From Planctomycetota bacterium (GTDB lineage: Bacteria; Planctomycetota; GCA-002687715; CAIWVZ01), in the NCBI GenBank assembly GCA_044222185.1, contig JBGANV010000001.1:2112001-2176000 (forward strand): a DNA stretch of 64,000 nucleotides, read 5' to 3'. The notes beneath the pieces are model-generated. The model was given only the letters and a program-made list of their open reading frames with translations. It made no database searches and was not told the origin of the DNA. Position numbers and translations under genes: made by a program. Below, in pieces: positions 39,887-49,417 of the stretch (positions within the stretch are counted from its first letter, which is position 1; each line of letters begins with the position of its first letter).

Positions 39887-40876
39887 ATGCCCGACAGCCA
39901 CCGCACGGCGTCCGCCCTTCCCTGGATCCTGCTCGTCCTCTGCATGGGGCTGACCGCATGCTCGAAGGATCCGGGAACGAAAGAGGGCGGCGGAGGCGGT
40001 GCCCCGTTCCGCGTCGGGTTCGCCCAGATCGGGGCCGAGAGCGACTGGCGCCGCGCCAACACGGAGTCGATCCAGGCGGAAGCTTCGAAACGCGGGATCA
40101 AGCTCGAGTTCTCCGACGCACAGCAGAAGCAGGAGAACCAGATCAAGGCGCTTCGGAGCTTCATCGCGAACGGCGTCGACGTGATCGCATTCTCGCCGTG
40201 CAAAGAGACGGGGTTCGAGCCCGTGCTCCGCGAGATCAAGCAGGCCGGCATTCCGGTGATCCTGACTGATCGCGCCGTCGACGTGTCGGATCCGTCCCTG
40301 TTCGTGACTTTCATCGGTGCGGACTTCGTCGAAGAAGGACGACAGGCCGCGCGTTGGCTGATCCAGGCCACGGGTGGCAAGGCCACGATCGCCGAGCTTC
40401 AGGGAAGCCCCGGGTCGGCACCGGCCATCGATCGGAAGAAGGGGTTCGAGGAAGCCATCGCCAAGGCCCCGGGGATGAAGATCGTCAAATCACAATCCGG
40501 CGAATTCACGCGGAGCAAGGGCAAGGAAGTGATGGAGTCCTTCCTGAAGTCCGACGGCGGGCGCGACATCACGGCGTTGTTCGCGCACAACGACGACATG
40601 GCGATCGGTGCCATCCAGGCGATCGAAGAAGCCGGACGCAAGCCGGGGCAGGACATCCGCATCGTGTCGATCGACGCTGTCCGCGCGGCGTTCGACGCGA
40701 TGATCGCCGGGAAGCTCGACTGCACCGTCGAGTGCAATCCGCTCCTTGGGCCAGCGCTCTTCGACGCGGTCGAAGCCGTGCGGGCGAAGAAGCCCGTCTC
40801 GCGGCGCGTCGTCACGCCGGCGGTCGTCTTCGAGAAGGCGGGCGCCGCCGAGGCGATCAAGTCGCGCAAGTACTGA
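39887..40876 (+). CDS. ytfQ: Sugar ABC transporter substrate-binding lipoprotein, YtfQ-like (furanose)
   Basis: Lipobox LTAC; GFAQIGAESDWRRANT, DAQQKQENQIKALRSFI, AHNDDMAIGA, VECNPLLGP. Confidence 0.88.
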   Translation: MPDSHRTASALPWILLVLCMGLTACSKDPGTKEGGGGGAPFRVGFAQIGAESDWRRANTESIQAEASKRGIKLEFSDAQQKQENQIKALRSFIANGVDVIAFSPCKETGFEPVLREIKQAGIPVILTDRAVDVSDPSLFVTFIGADFVEEGRQAARWLIQATGGKATIAELQGSPGSAPAIDRKKGFEEAIAKAPGMKIVKSQSGEFTRSKGKEVMESFLKSDGGRDITALFAHNDDMAIGAIQAIEEAGRKPGQDIRIVSIDAVRAAFDAMIAGKLDCTVECNPLLGPALFDAVEAVRAKKPVSRRVVTPAVVFEKAGAAEAIKSRKY

Positions 40877-40877
40877 C

Positions 40878-43391
40878 TCAGCGCAGCGTCGCGCGGCTCG
40901 CTTCGTCCACGGGGCGGAAGTGGTCCAGAACGGGCCTCCAGAGCGTCGCCGCCACCGCCGATGCGGACGCGATCGCCCAACCAAGCCCGTCCAACGGCGC
41001 CACGTGCAGCGCCGCCGCCATCGAGGGGACGTAGAAGACGGCGGGAAGGGTCAGTCCCGCGATCGACCAGGTGACCCAGGCGAGCCAGCGGGCTGCGAGG
41101 AAGGGCACGTCCGTCCCCTTCAACGCGTGACGCTCGATCCACACGGCGAGCTGGCAGCCGAGGAGCACCGTCGCGAAGGCCGTCCCCCGCGCGAGCGCCT
41201 CCCCCGCTGGGAGGCGGGCTCGAAACACCCCGAACGCCGCGGCGGTGACCGCCGCCCCAAGCAGCGCGGCGCGGATGACGGCCGCCCTGGGGAGCAACGG
41301 CGCGTTCGGTGGTCGCGGTCTGCGGCGCATCAGTCCCGCGTCCGGCTTGTCGCCCTGGAAGACGAGCGCCGACACCGGATGGATGATCAGCTCGAGCCAG
41401 ATCAGGTGGATCGGCATCAGCACCAACGGCGACCCGGTGAGTGGAGACAGGAGCGACAGTCCGACGATCGGCACGTGGAATGCGATGACGTAGAGGAACG
41501 CCGCGCGCAAGTTCGAGAAGAGGTGGCGCCCGTCGCGCACTGCGGTGGAAATCGACCCCAGGTCGTCGCCGAGGAGGACGAGGTCCGCCGCGCCGCGCGC
41601 CGTGGCGGTTCCGCGCTTCCCCATGGCGACCCCGACGTCGGCCCGCCGCATGGCCGGCGCGTCGTTGATGCCGTCGCCGGTCATCGCGACGATTTCTCCG
41701 CTGCGGCGCAACGAATCGACGATCGCATGTTTCTGCGCCGGCGTCGTCCGCGCGAAGACGACGGCATGCGAGATCGTCGCGTCGAGCGCCGCCCCGCTCA
41801 TCGTCTCCAGCGTCGCACCACTGACGACGGTGCTGGGATCGGTCGTCAGGCCCGCAGCCTCGGCGATGGCATAGGCCGTCAGCGCGTGATCACCCGTGAT
41901 CATCTTGACGGTGATCCCGGCACCGTGCAGCTCGGCGGCCGCGGCCTTCGCCTCCGGGCGGAGCGGATCCTGGAACCCCAGGAGGCCGAGGAATCGAAGA
42001 CCGCTCTCGTGCGACTCGCGGTCTCCCTCGGCGGTCGGAAGGTCCCTGGCCGCAACGCCGAGGACGCGCATTCCCCCGCCTGCGAGCCCCGCGTTGGCCT
42101 CGTCGGCGCCCCTCCGCGTCGCCTCGTCGACGGCACAGTGAGCGAGGATTCCCTCGAGCGCGCCCTTTGCCGCGATGCGCGCTGCGCCCGCACCTGGTGC
42201 ACCCCAGACGTGCGACATGTGCTTGCCGACCGGGTCGAAGTCGTAGTCCAAGAGCAGCTGCCAGCCAGGCCCGGGCGCGGCCTCCCTGGCCCCGTGCTCA
42301 GCGGCAAACGCGACGATGGCCTTCTCCATGGCATCCGCGGGACTCAGCTCGCACGCCGCGAGTGCGGCGTCGAGAAGCGCGCGCTCGGTCACACCGGCGG
42401 CGGGGACGCACTCCTTCAGGTCGAACCTCCCCCACGTCAACGTTCCCGTCTTGTCCGTGCAGATCACCGTGACGGAGCCCAACGTCTCGACGGCTGCAAG
42501 GCGTCGCACGAGGATCCCGTGCCGCGACAGCCCCCAGGCGCCCATGGTCAGGAACAGCGTGAAGACGATGGCGAACTCCTCGGGGATGGCTGCCATCGCG
42601 AGGCTGATGGACCCGAGCAGCGCGGTCGTCCAATTCTGGCCGCCGAACCACGAGATCAGGAACACGATCACGGCTACGGCGGTGGCGACGACCGAAAGGC
42701 GTCTGACCAGACGGCCGGTCTTTCGCTGAAGCGGAGTCGGAGCCGCATCCACCTGCGAAAGCAGCGACGCCACGGCGCCAAAGCGGGTCTCGCGCCCCGT
42801 CGCCACCACTTCGCCGAGCCCCTGTCCCGAGGACATGGTCGAGCCCGCGAAGAACCGCGCGTCCTCGGGAGCGACCTCCGGCGCGCCAGAAAATGCTTGC
42901 TTGGTGACGGGGGCGGATTCGCCGGTGAGCGGCGACTCGTCCGCCGAGAGGTTGGCGGCCGTGCGAATCACTCCGTCGGCATGAAGGGCGAGACCTTCGC
43001 GCAGGACCAGGACGTCGCCGGGCACGATGTCCCGCGGCGCGACGGTCTGCTCGACTCCGTCGCGAACGACGACCGCCAGGGGAGCCGTCGCCTCCGCAAG
43101 TCTCTTCAACGCGGATCGCGATCGCGCCTCGAGAATGACGTCCACCCCGAGCACGGGGACGAGGGCCGCGAGCATGAGCCAGCCATCCCGAGTCTCGCCC
43201 ACGATGAAGTACACCGTTGCGACGGCCGCGAGCATCACGGCCATCGGGTCGGCGAGCAATCGCAACGAATCGCGAAGCCAGCCGAGGCGTTCACGCTCCA
43301 CGAGTTCGTTCGCGCCATGCGCACGCAGACGCGCCCGGGCCTCGGCCGCGGAGAGTCCGGCCAGCGGCGCCCTGCCCGCCGGATCCCTCAT
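40878..43391 (-). CDS. P-type cation-transporting ATPase (type II, Ca2+-like)
   Basis: DESPLTGES, IPEEF, ICTDKTGTLT, KGALE, FQDPLR, MITGDH, MTGDGINDAPA. Confidence 0.95.
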   Translation of the reverse strand: MRDPAGRAPLAGLSAAEARARLRAHGANELVERERLGWLRDSLRLLADPMAVMLAAVATVYFIVGETRDGWLMLAALVPVLGVDVILEARSRSALKRLAEATAPLAVVVRDGVEQTVAPRDIVPGDVLVLREGLALHADGVIRTAANLSADESPLTGESAPVTKQAFSGAPEVAPEDARFFAGSTMSSGQGLGEVVATGRETRFGAVASLLSQVDAAPTPLQRKTGRLVRRLSVVATAVAVIVFLISWFGGQNWTTALLGSISLAMAAIPEEFAIVFTLFLTMGAWGLSRHGILVRRLAAVETLGSVTVICTDKTGTLTWGRFDLKECVPAAGVTERALLDAALAACELSPADAMEKAIVAFAAEHGAREAAPGPGWQLLLDYDFDPVGKHMSHVWGAPGAGAARIAAKGALEGILAHCAVDEATRRGADEANAGLAGGGMRVLGVAARDLPTAEGDRESHESGLRFLGLLGFQDPLRPEAKAAAAELHGAGITVKMITGDHALTAYAIAEAAGLTTDPSTVVSGATLETMSGAALDATISHAVVFARTTPAQKHAIVDSLRRSGEIVAMTGDGINDAPAMRRADVGVAMGKRGTATARGAADLVLLGDDLGSISTAVRDGRHLFSNLRAAFLYVIAFHVPIVGLSLLSPLTGSPLVLMPIHLIWLELIIHPVSALVFQGDKPDAGLMRRRPRPPNAPLLPRAAVIRAALLGAAVTAAAFGVFRARLPAGEALARGTAFATVLLGCQLAVWIERHALKGTDVPFLAARWLAWVTWSIAGLTLPAVFYVPSMAAALHVAPLDGLGWAIASASAVAATLWRPVLDHFRPVDEASRATLR

Positions 43392-44710
43392 TTGGATGCC
43401 ACATCGGCGCCGGAGAGGGCGAACGCCTCGTGGAGATCCCGCAGGATGTCCTCCGGCGGTTCCAAGCCGATCGAGAGTCGCACGAGCCCAGGCTCGATCC
43501 CGGCCTCCAACTGCCGTTCGACCGGAATCGGCGCGTGCGTCATCGACGATGGGTGCTCGATGAGCGTGCGAATCTGACCGAGGGAAACGGCGAGCGTGAT
43601 CGAGAGCGAGTTGTCGGCGAGGAAATTCATGGCCGCGCGCGCCTTCCGCTGAGCGGCCTCCGGCGCTCCGCGAACGACGAACGAGATCACGATCCCCGGG
43701 GCGAAGTTGCCATCGGGATCGCGCATCTGCCGCCTGGCGACCTCGTACTCCGGGTGACTCTCGAGCCCCGGGTAGATCACACGCTCGACGAAGGCATGTC
43801 GTTGGAGGTCGCGTGCGACGATCATCGCCGTTTCCATCTGGCGACGCGAACGGACCGCGAGCGTCGGCAGCCCGTGAACGAGCGGCGGCCACGCCGACTT
43901 CGGTGCCAACGGTGCCCCGAAGTCCTTGCGGAACAGAAGCAGGTCCGGCTCGAGCAATCGCGGACCGACCACGACTCCGCCCATGTCCGTGCCGAATCCA
44001 CCGATGTTCTTCGTGAGCGAGTGGCAGACGAGGTCGACCCCGAACTCGATGGGGCGCTGACAGAACGGAGTGGCGAACGTGTTGTCGACGACGATGAACA
44101 CCTTGCGCCGCTTTCCCCGCTTCGCGTTGACGTCGTCGACGAGACGCCGGAGCGCCGCGAGGTCCACGATCTCCAGCGTCGGATTGGCGGGTGTCTCCAG
44201 GTAGACGGCCATCACGTCGTCCGTGATCGCGTTTCGGAGCGCCGCCAGGTCCCGGAAGTCGAGCATGGCGGATTCGACGCCGAACCGGGGGAGCCAGTTG
44301 GTCAGCAGCGACCACGTGCAGCCGTAGAGCGACCGATGCGCGAGGATCCGATCGCCGGAGCGGACGAGAACGCCGAGGGCAGCGCTGATCGCGGCCATTC
44401 CGGTGGAGAAGCACACGCCGCACTCGGCACCCTCGGCGTGGGCGAGCGCCTCCTCCAGCATGGAGCGCGTCGGTTCATCCAGGCGGTCGTAGATGTAGAT
44501 CGGTGGATGCTCCTCGCGGTTGAACTCGGGGTTCGCGAACTCGAGGAACCCCGTCGCGCCTCGCTCGGCGCTCTCGAGCCGGTATGCCGCGGACGAGGAG
44601 ATCGGCGGCACGATGTGGTCGCGATAATCCCAGTGCACGCTGTGGAACGTGCCATGGATCATGCGGGTCTCGGGGTGGTAGACGCGTTTGGGATCCTTGG
44701 CGGAAGTCAT
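43388..44710 (-). CDS. PLP-dependent trans-sulfuration enzyme (methionine gamma-lyase / cystathionine gamma-lyase-synthase family)
   Basis: YIYDRLDEPT, FSTGMAAI, LYGCT, YLETPANPT, VDNTFATP, HSLTKNIGG (PLP lysine), AVSLG, HPSSMTH, LVRLSIGLE. Confidence 0.93.
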   Translation of the reverse strand: MTSAKDPKRVYHPETRMIHGTFHSVHWDYRDHIVPPISSSAAYRLESAERGATGFLEFANPEFNREEHPPIYIYDRLDEPTRSMLEEALAHAEGAECGVCFSTGMAAISAALGVLVRSGDRILAHRSLYGCTWSLLTNWLPRFGVESAMLDFRDLAALRNAITDDVMAVYLETPANPTLEIVDLAALRRLVDDVNAKRGKRRKVFIVVDNTFATPFCQRPIEFGVDLVCHSLTKNIGGFGTDMGGVVVGPRLLEPDLLLFRKDFGAPLAPKSAWPPLVHGLPTLAVRSRRQMETAMIVARDLQRHAFVERVIYPGLESHPEYEVARRQMRDPDGNFAPGIVISFVVRGAPEAAQRKARAAMNFLADNSLSITLAVSLGQIRTLIEHPSSMTHAPIPVERQLEAGIEPGLVRLSIGLEPPEDILRDLHEAFALSGADVASK

Positions 44711-44891
44711 GTGATCCTCGATGCGGCGCGACGGCCGCCGATCGAATCTGACGCCGATAAACCCGTGCGCAAGGAGCGGCCGGGCCCGAAGGCCCCCCCA
44801 AGTCCGTAGACCGCGCCTCAGCCGTTCGGCGGAGCCCTCGACGTCGCGCGGTCTCGACGATCGACGCCGATGGATCGTGTGCGGCCCCACC

Positions 44892-45717
44892 ATGCTCGAT
44901 GAGCCGGACACGCCACGCTTTTCGATCGCGCGCTGGATCGACTACCCACGCGCGTTCATGCACACCGGGCTCGGGTTCTTCCTGTCCGCTTTCGTGGCCG
45001 TCGCCGCGGTCGTTGGAGTCGTTCGCTGGGGCCGCGCAAGACCCGTCCCCAGCGCTCATCGAGGGGGCCCTTCGAACCCCGGATGGCTGCTCGCCGCGGA
45101 TGCGATCGTCGCCGACACCCTGACGCCGATCGGACAGGTCGCGGGCCACAGCCAGTACGTGATGAACCTCGTGCCCGGCGCCGCCATCCTCGCGGCAGCC
45201 GCCGTTCGGTGGCCCGCGCGACACGCCGTCAGGATCGAACTTCGAATCGGGCTCGGCGTGATCGCCGTGTGGAACGTGACGGTCGCGACGCGTCCGTTCG
45301 ACCACGATCTCGCCACGACGGAATGGAACGGCATCGAATTGGTCCCTGGCGTCGACCACTACATCACCACCCGGGCCCGCGAATGGCGCCTTCCGGCGTC
45401 CTCGGACTGCGAAGACGGGCACGTCCGTGAGATCGTCGACACGATCGCGCGTGCTCCTGCCGAGCCCGGGCCGATGGTCCGCGCGCCGCATCCCTACGTT
45501 TCCGACGCTGGCGCTCAAGGCGGATCGAATGAAACGGACGTCGGCATCGGCTCCGTCGGCGGCGGAATCGGACGACTGCATCGCCGACGCGTACCACTTC
45601 TCGGCGGACCAGATCCTCGGCGCCCTGCGGCGCGTCGGCGGAAGCCCATCCATCCTGCTCGACCGACCGGTGACGCCTCGCTTTCGGATCCTCGTGATCC
45701 GGACCGGCGCGAGGTGA
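44892..45717 (+). pseudogene. Possible frameshifted remnant of a membrane protein
   Basis: Hydrophobic segments in one frame from 44892 to about 45497, then protein-like sequence in another frame (FPTLALKA...FRILVIRTGAR) to a stop at 45717. Confidence 0.3.
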
Positions 45718-45809
45718 GGTGGCAGAGCCGCGCGGCCCTCGGCGTCAGAGGAGTCAGTGCACACCCACCGCGGCGCACCGTCATGCCGCGAGCGCTACAC
45801 CGTCGGCGC

Positions 45810-46979
45810 TCAGTGCCACGCGGACGAAAAGAACGGAAGGATCAGGGAGATCAGGATCAGGATGATGACGATCCACTCGAGCGCCTCCAGGCGACGCGCA
45901 GCCTGCTCATCGGCGGTCTTCTCGTAGAGCCGCTGGAGGATGTCGAGCTTGCGACGGATCGTCTTGTCCCAGTCGTCGAGGTGGAGACGGCGTGCGGCGA
46001 GGCGGTAGAGGCGGCAAAGGAAGTTGTCGCCGAGGAGCTTCAGCGCGTTGTTGACTCCTTCGAAGAGAAGCGCGCTGTCCATTTGGAGGATCGCGAGCCG
46101 CCGGCGTTCCGCTCGGACAGAGGCGCCGGGCGTCACGCGGAACGCATGACGCGCGTCGCCACGGGCGATCGACCGGTAGGCGCGATCCAGCACGGCGTCC
46201 AATCGGTCGTCGAGGAACCGCATCTCCAGGAGCTGAACGTTCGCGAATTCGAGGACGGCGAGGACGTCCGCGGCGCTCGATGGGTCCGACTCGAAGGTGA
46301 TCGTGGCGTTCCAGTCGATCACCGTGAGATCGCGCAGGCCGTAGGCGATCGCACATCCGAGGGCGTCGGCGACCTCGTCCGCCGAGAGTGGCTCCGTCGC
46401 AGCCCGCAGGCTTGCAGCGATCTCGGAGCCGATCGTGTGCACGTCGAGGGCCTGGCACTGGGATCCCTCACCCGGTTCTGCACCGTCCGACGACCAACGC
46501 GCAACGTGAAAGACGCGGTAGTCCTCCACCAGGTCCGTGACGCACGGGCGAACCACCGCGGACCCGAGCTCCGAGACGAACGCGTGCACGCGATGACGAG
46601 CATCGGCGAGCAGGGCCTCGCATTCGAAGACAGCGTCCGCGAAGGTGGCTAGGCCGTCGAGGCGGGCGCCGTCGAGCGTGATGCCATAGGCGATGGAAAT
46701 CGCCCCGAAGTCGTAGAGCGTGAACTGCACGCTGGGGACGGTGCACCACGACTCCGAACCGGCCCCGGGCGCAGAGATCGGAATCGACTCGGCCGCCCGG
46801 GTCGTGCGGACGGGGCTCGGCCGGAACTGGAACGACGAAGCCGTGCCGCGCGTCGTCGACAGCGTCTCCCGCTCGGCCCCGGCGCTCGCACGCAGGGTAC
46901 GCTCGGCGGCGTCCAGGTCGATGGAGACCCCCACGTCGAACGCGTAGTGACTCCAGCAGGTTGCCGACGTCAGCTCCAT
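45810..46979 (-). CDS. Conserved hypothetical protein with C-terminal TM (RMD1/CorA-like architecture)
   Basis: YAFDVG, LYDFGAISI, VIDWNA, LEFANVQLLEMRFLDDRLD, RLEALEWIVIILILI. Start may be 47012 or 47037. Confidence 0.8.
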   Translation of the reverse strand: MELTSATCWSHYAFDVGVSIDLDAAERTLRASAGAERETLSTTRGTASSFQFRPSPVRTTRAAESIPISAPGAGSESWCTVPSVQFTLYDFGAISIAYGITLDGARLDGLATFADAVFECEALLADARHRVHAFVSELGSAVVRPCVTDLVEDYRVFHVARWSSDGAEPGEGSQCQALDVHTIGSEIAASLRAATEPLSADEVADALGCAIAYGLRDLTVIDWNATITFESDPSSAADVLAVLEFANVQLLEMRFLDDRLDAVLDRAYRSIARGDARHAFRVTPGASVRAERRRLAILQMDSALLFEGVNNALKLLGDNFLCRLYRLAARRLHLDDWDKTIRRKLDILQRLYEKTADEQAARRLEALEWIVIILILISLILPFFSSAWH

Positions 46980-47710
46980 CGGCACCAAGCCGCGTCCACC
47001 CGGGCGTTTCATCAGGCCTTCCGCGCTCGCGTCCATCACGGCATAGGATCGCACCGCCCCGCGGCGAATGGAAATACGAAGCAGCGCCCAGCGACGTCGG
47101 TTGAACCTGGCGTCGACGGTATCGAGATCGCGAACGCCATCCGCGCCGGCATCGTGTGGCCCGTCGCGAGGATGTCGACGGCGAAACCGTCGGGCCCCCC
47201 TGGGCCGAGGCCGGCGAGCAGGCCTGCACGCAGACACGGGTGGAACGAAGCTGCGAGGGGGTTCGGACTGCGCTCGTGCATCGAGGGTCAAGGGACGTGC
47301 GACCGGCCTCGGGTCGACGGCGTTCGGACATCGCCCCGGTCGGCGCGGCTGCCCGGCGTCGGGAACGACGCCGTGAGGCCACCGGATCGATGGACGGCGA
47401 CCGAGGTGCGCGGGCCGAGTTCCCAGCCGAATCGGGAAACGTCCCCCCAGGGCTCGTGCCCATTCGCGTTGCCGTCGTGAGCAGGATGCACGCGGCGACG
47501 GCCACCCGCGCAACCGCTGCCGTTGCGCCATGCGAGGTCACGCCGCGCGCTGACGTGGATCGCGCCTCGGGCGAGCCGCGGTCGTTCGCGACGACTCTCG
47601 GAGGCTACACACGAGGGATTCGATCGCCCGGGGGCGAGTCGTGCTCGGGCGCTCGACGCGGTCGTCGGGTCCGTTTGGACGGGCCGGGCGCTCGCCTTGG
47701 GGCTCAGGCA

Positions 47711-47745
47711 GAAAAAAACCCCTCGCGGTTCACGCAGGGGGTTTC
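47711..47745 (-). terminator. Intrinsic terminator after tRNA-Ala
   Basis: Minus strand AAACCCCCTGCG-TGAAC-CGCGAGGGG-TTTTTTT: GC stem followed by a U-tract, just 3' of the tRNA. Confidence 0.8.
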
Positions 47746-47752
47746 GGTCCGA

Positions 47753-47825
47753 TGGAGCTGATGGGGGTCGAACCCACGACCTCTTCGTTGCGAACGAAGC
47801 GCTCTCCCAATTGAGCTACAGCCCC
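47753..47825 (-). tRNA. tRNA-Ala: tRNA-Ala (anticodon CGC), CCA not encoded
   Basis: GGGGCTGTAGCTCAATTGGGAGAGCG CTTCG-TTCGCAA-CGAAG AGGTCGTGGGTTCGACCCCCATCAGCTCCA; G3:U70 pair and TTCGA T-loop. Confidence 0.97.
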
Positions 47826-47838
47826 AGGAAGGAGCCGG

Positions 47839-47867
47839 ATGCTATGGGGCCGCGATCGACCCTTCAA
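47839..47867 (-). promoter_or_regulatory. Sigma70-like promoter for tRNA-Ala
   Basis: TTGAAG-N17-TAGCAT, 13 nt upstream of the tRNA. Confidence 0.65.
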
Positions 47868-47945
47868 GGATGACCACGCGCCCGATGGCCGGGGAGTCGA
47901 CGAACGAGGAGGTGTCCGACGACCGGGCGCGTGATCCCTGATGAT

Positions 47946-49355
47946 TCAGAAGTCGAGCTGCGTGTAGAAATTCAGCCGGACCGCGTTCCCGAGGGCGACG
48001 TCCTTGTACTGAGTCTCCCAGTAGATCGCGTCGAGGCCGAGCTTCAGCCCGCCGCCGGCGTCGTAACGCGTGCCCAGGTACATCGACCAGTTCAGGTCGG
48101 CGTTCCCCGTGGAGAGATCGTTGGCGTCCGGGTTGTCGACCGTTCCACCGACGACCACGGTGAAGCTGTCGGTGAGCGCGCATTGGAGCTCGCCCCAGCC
48201 GCCGATGGCTGCGATCTCATCACCGAGGGCCGTGTTGATCGCCTGGCCGATCCCGCCGCGGAAGTCGCCGAGCGCCTTCCCGATCCAGAACTCGCCCTTC
48301 GCGGTGATGGGTCCGAACAACGGCAGGGTCGCGTCCAGACCGCCGAGCCATGACGTGAACGAGTCCTGGCCCTGGAACTTCGTGTCGGTTTCGAGGCCGG
48401 CGAGTGCCCCCCACACCCCGACGGTCGCGGTCTTGCCCTCGACCCAGGACTTGAACGTCACGCCCGCGCGCGTTTGTCCATGCGGATGCCCTGCGTCGAA
48501 ACCGTCGCGCTCGGTCGTCGACAGCAGCGGCGGTGCGCCGGTCGTATCGAGGTCCTGATTGTTGATCGCGCCGGTGAGGCCCGCGGACAGGACCCACTGG
48601 AACGCGAATTCCTTGGGATCGCCACTGTCGTAGCGGAGCTCGATCTGCGGGCGGCGGTCGCCAAGGTTACCGGCGTTCCACATCAGCAATTCGGCGTTCA
48701 CCCAGGGGAAGATCGGCGAGATGACGTCCCAGTCCTGGCCCATGCGCACGGCGAGCGCCCCGAAATCGATGTCGATGTAGGCCAGGCGGATGCGCGGCGT
48801 CTCGCGTGACTCGGCGATGCCCGCCGGGAAGTTCGCGAAGTCCGTCTCCAACTTGCCCATGACGTCCGCGCTCCCGATCTTGCCGGCGTTGACGTCGAAT
48901 CCGAAACGCGTGAGGCGCGCGTCGAGCGCGAATTGATCGTCGTTGTCGCGCGCGGCAACGCCGTTCTCCGGCTGTACCTTCGACGGAACGATCACGCTGT
49001 CGAAGCGGGCCGAGTTGTAATACGCGTCGAGTCGGATGAACCCGTAGAACTTCAGGGGATTACCCGAGCGAACGAGGTTCTTCCACGTCACGCCTTCCTG
49101 GAGGGATGACGATACGCGATTGACCTGCGTCTCGAGCGTCGCGTCGTACACGGCCGAGTTGTCCTCGTGAAGGCGCGACACCTCCGCTTCGAGGGCCGCG
49201 TTGCGCGATTCCGCGGACTGCAATCGATCGAGGATCGCCCGGTTCTGCTCCTCGAGCTGGCGGATTCGCTCCTCATGACTCTGCGGGGTGGTCGTCTGCG
49301 CCGTCAGGAGCGTCGAGACCAGGGAGACCACTACGAATGTCCAACGAGCACGCAT
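47946..49355 (-). CDS. Outer-membrane porin, DcaP-like, with N-terminal coiled coil
   Basis: Signal peptide; coiled coil EERIRQLEEQNRAILDRL; KFYGFIRLD, ARLTRFGF, GKLETDF, PRIRLAY, GQDWD; terminal Phe (TQLDF). Confidence 0.85.
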   Translation of the reverse strand: MRARWTFVVVSLVSTLLTAQTTTPQSHEERIRQLEEQNRAILDRLQSAESRNAALEAEVSRLHEDNSAVYDATLETQVNRVSSSLQEGVTWKNLVRSGNPLKFYGFIRLDAYYNSARFDSVIVPSKVQPENGVAARDNDDQFALDARLTRFGFDVNAGKIGSADVMGKLETDFANFPAGIAESRETPRIRLAYIDIDFGALAVRMGQDWDVISPIFPWVNAELLMWNAGNLGDRRPQIELRYDSGDPKEFAFQWVLSAGLTGAINNQDLDTTGAPPLLSTTERDGFDAGHPHGQTRAGVTFKSWVEGKTATVGVWGALAGLETDTKFQGQDSFTSWLGGLDATLPLFGPITAKGEFWIGKALGDFRGGIGQAINTALGDEIAAIGGWGELQCALTDSFTVVVGGTVDNPDANDLSTGNADLNWSMYLGTRYDAGGGLKLGLDAIYWETQYKDVALGNAVRLNFYTQLDF

Positions 49356-49417
49356 CACGGAAACTCCTTCTCCAGAAAGTGCGGCGGGCGATCGAACGGT
49401 GCTGGGCGTCGCGACAC

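Noticed and set aside
47753-47825. tRNA-anchored genomic island
   Set aside because: No duplicated tRNA 3' end or integrase noticed in the window.
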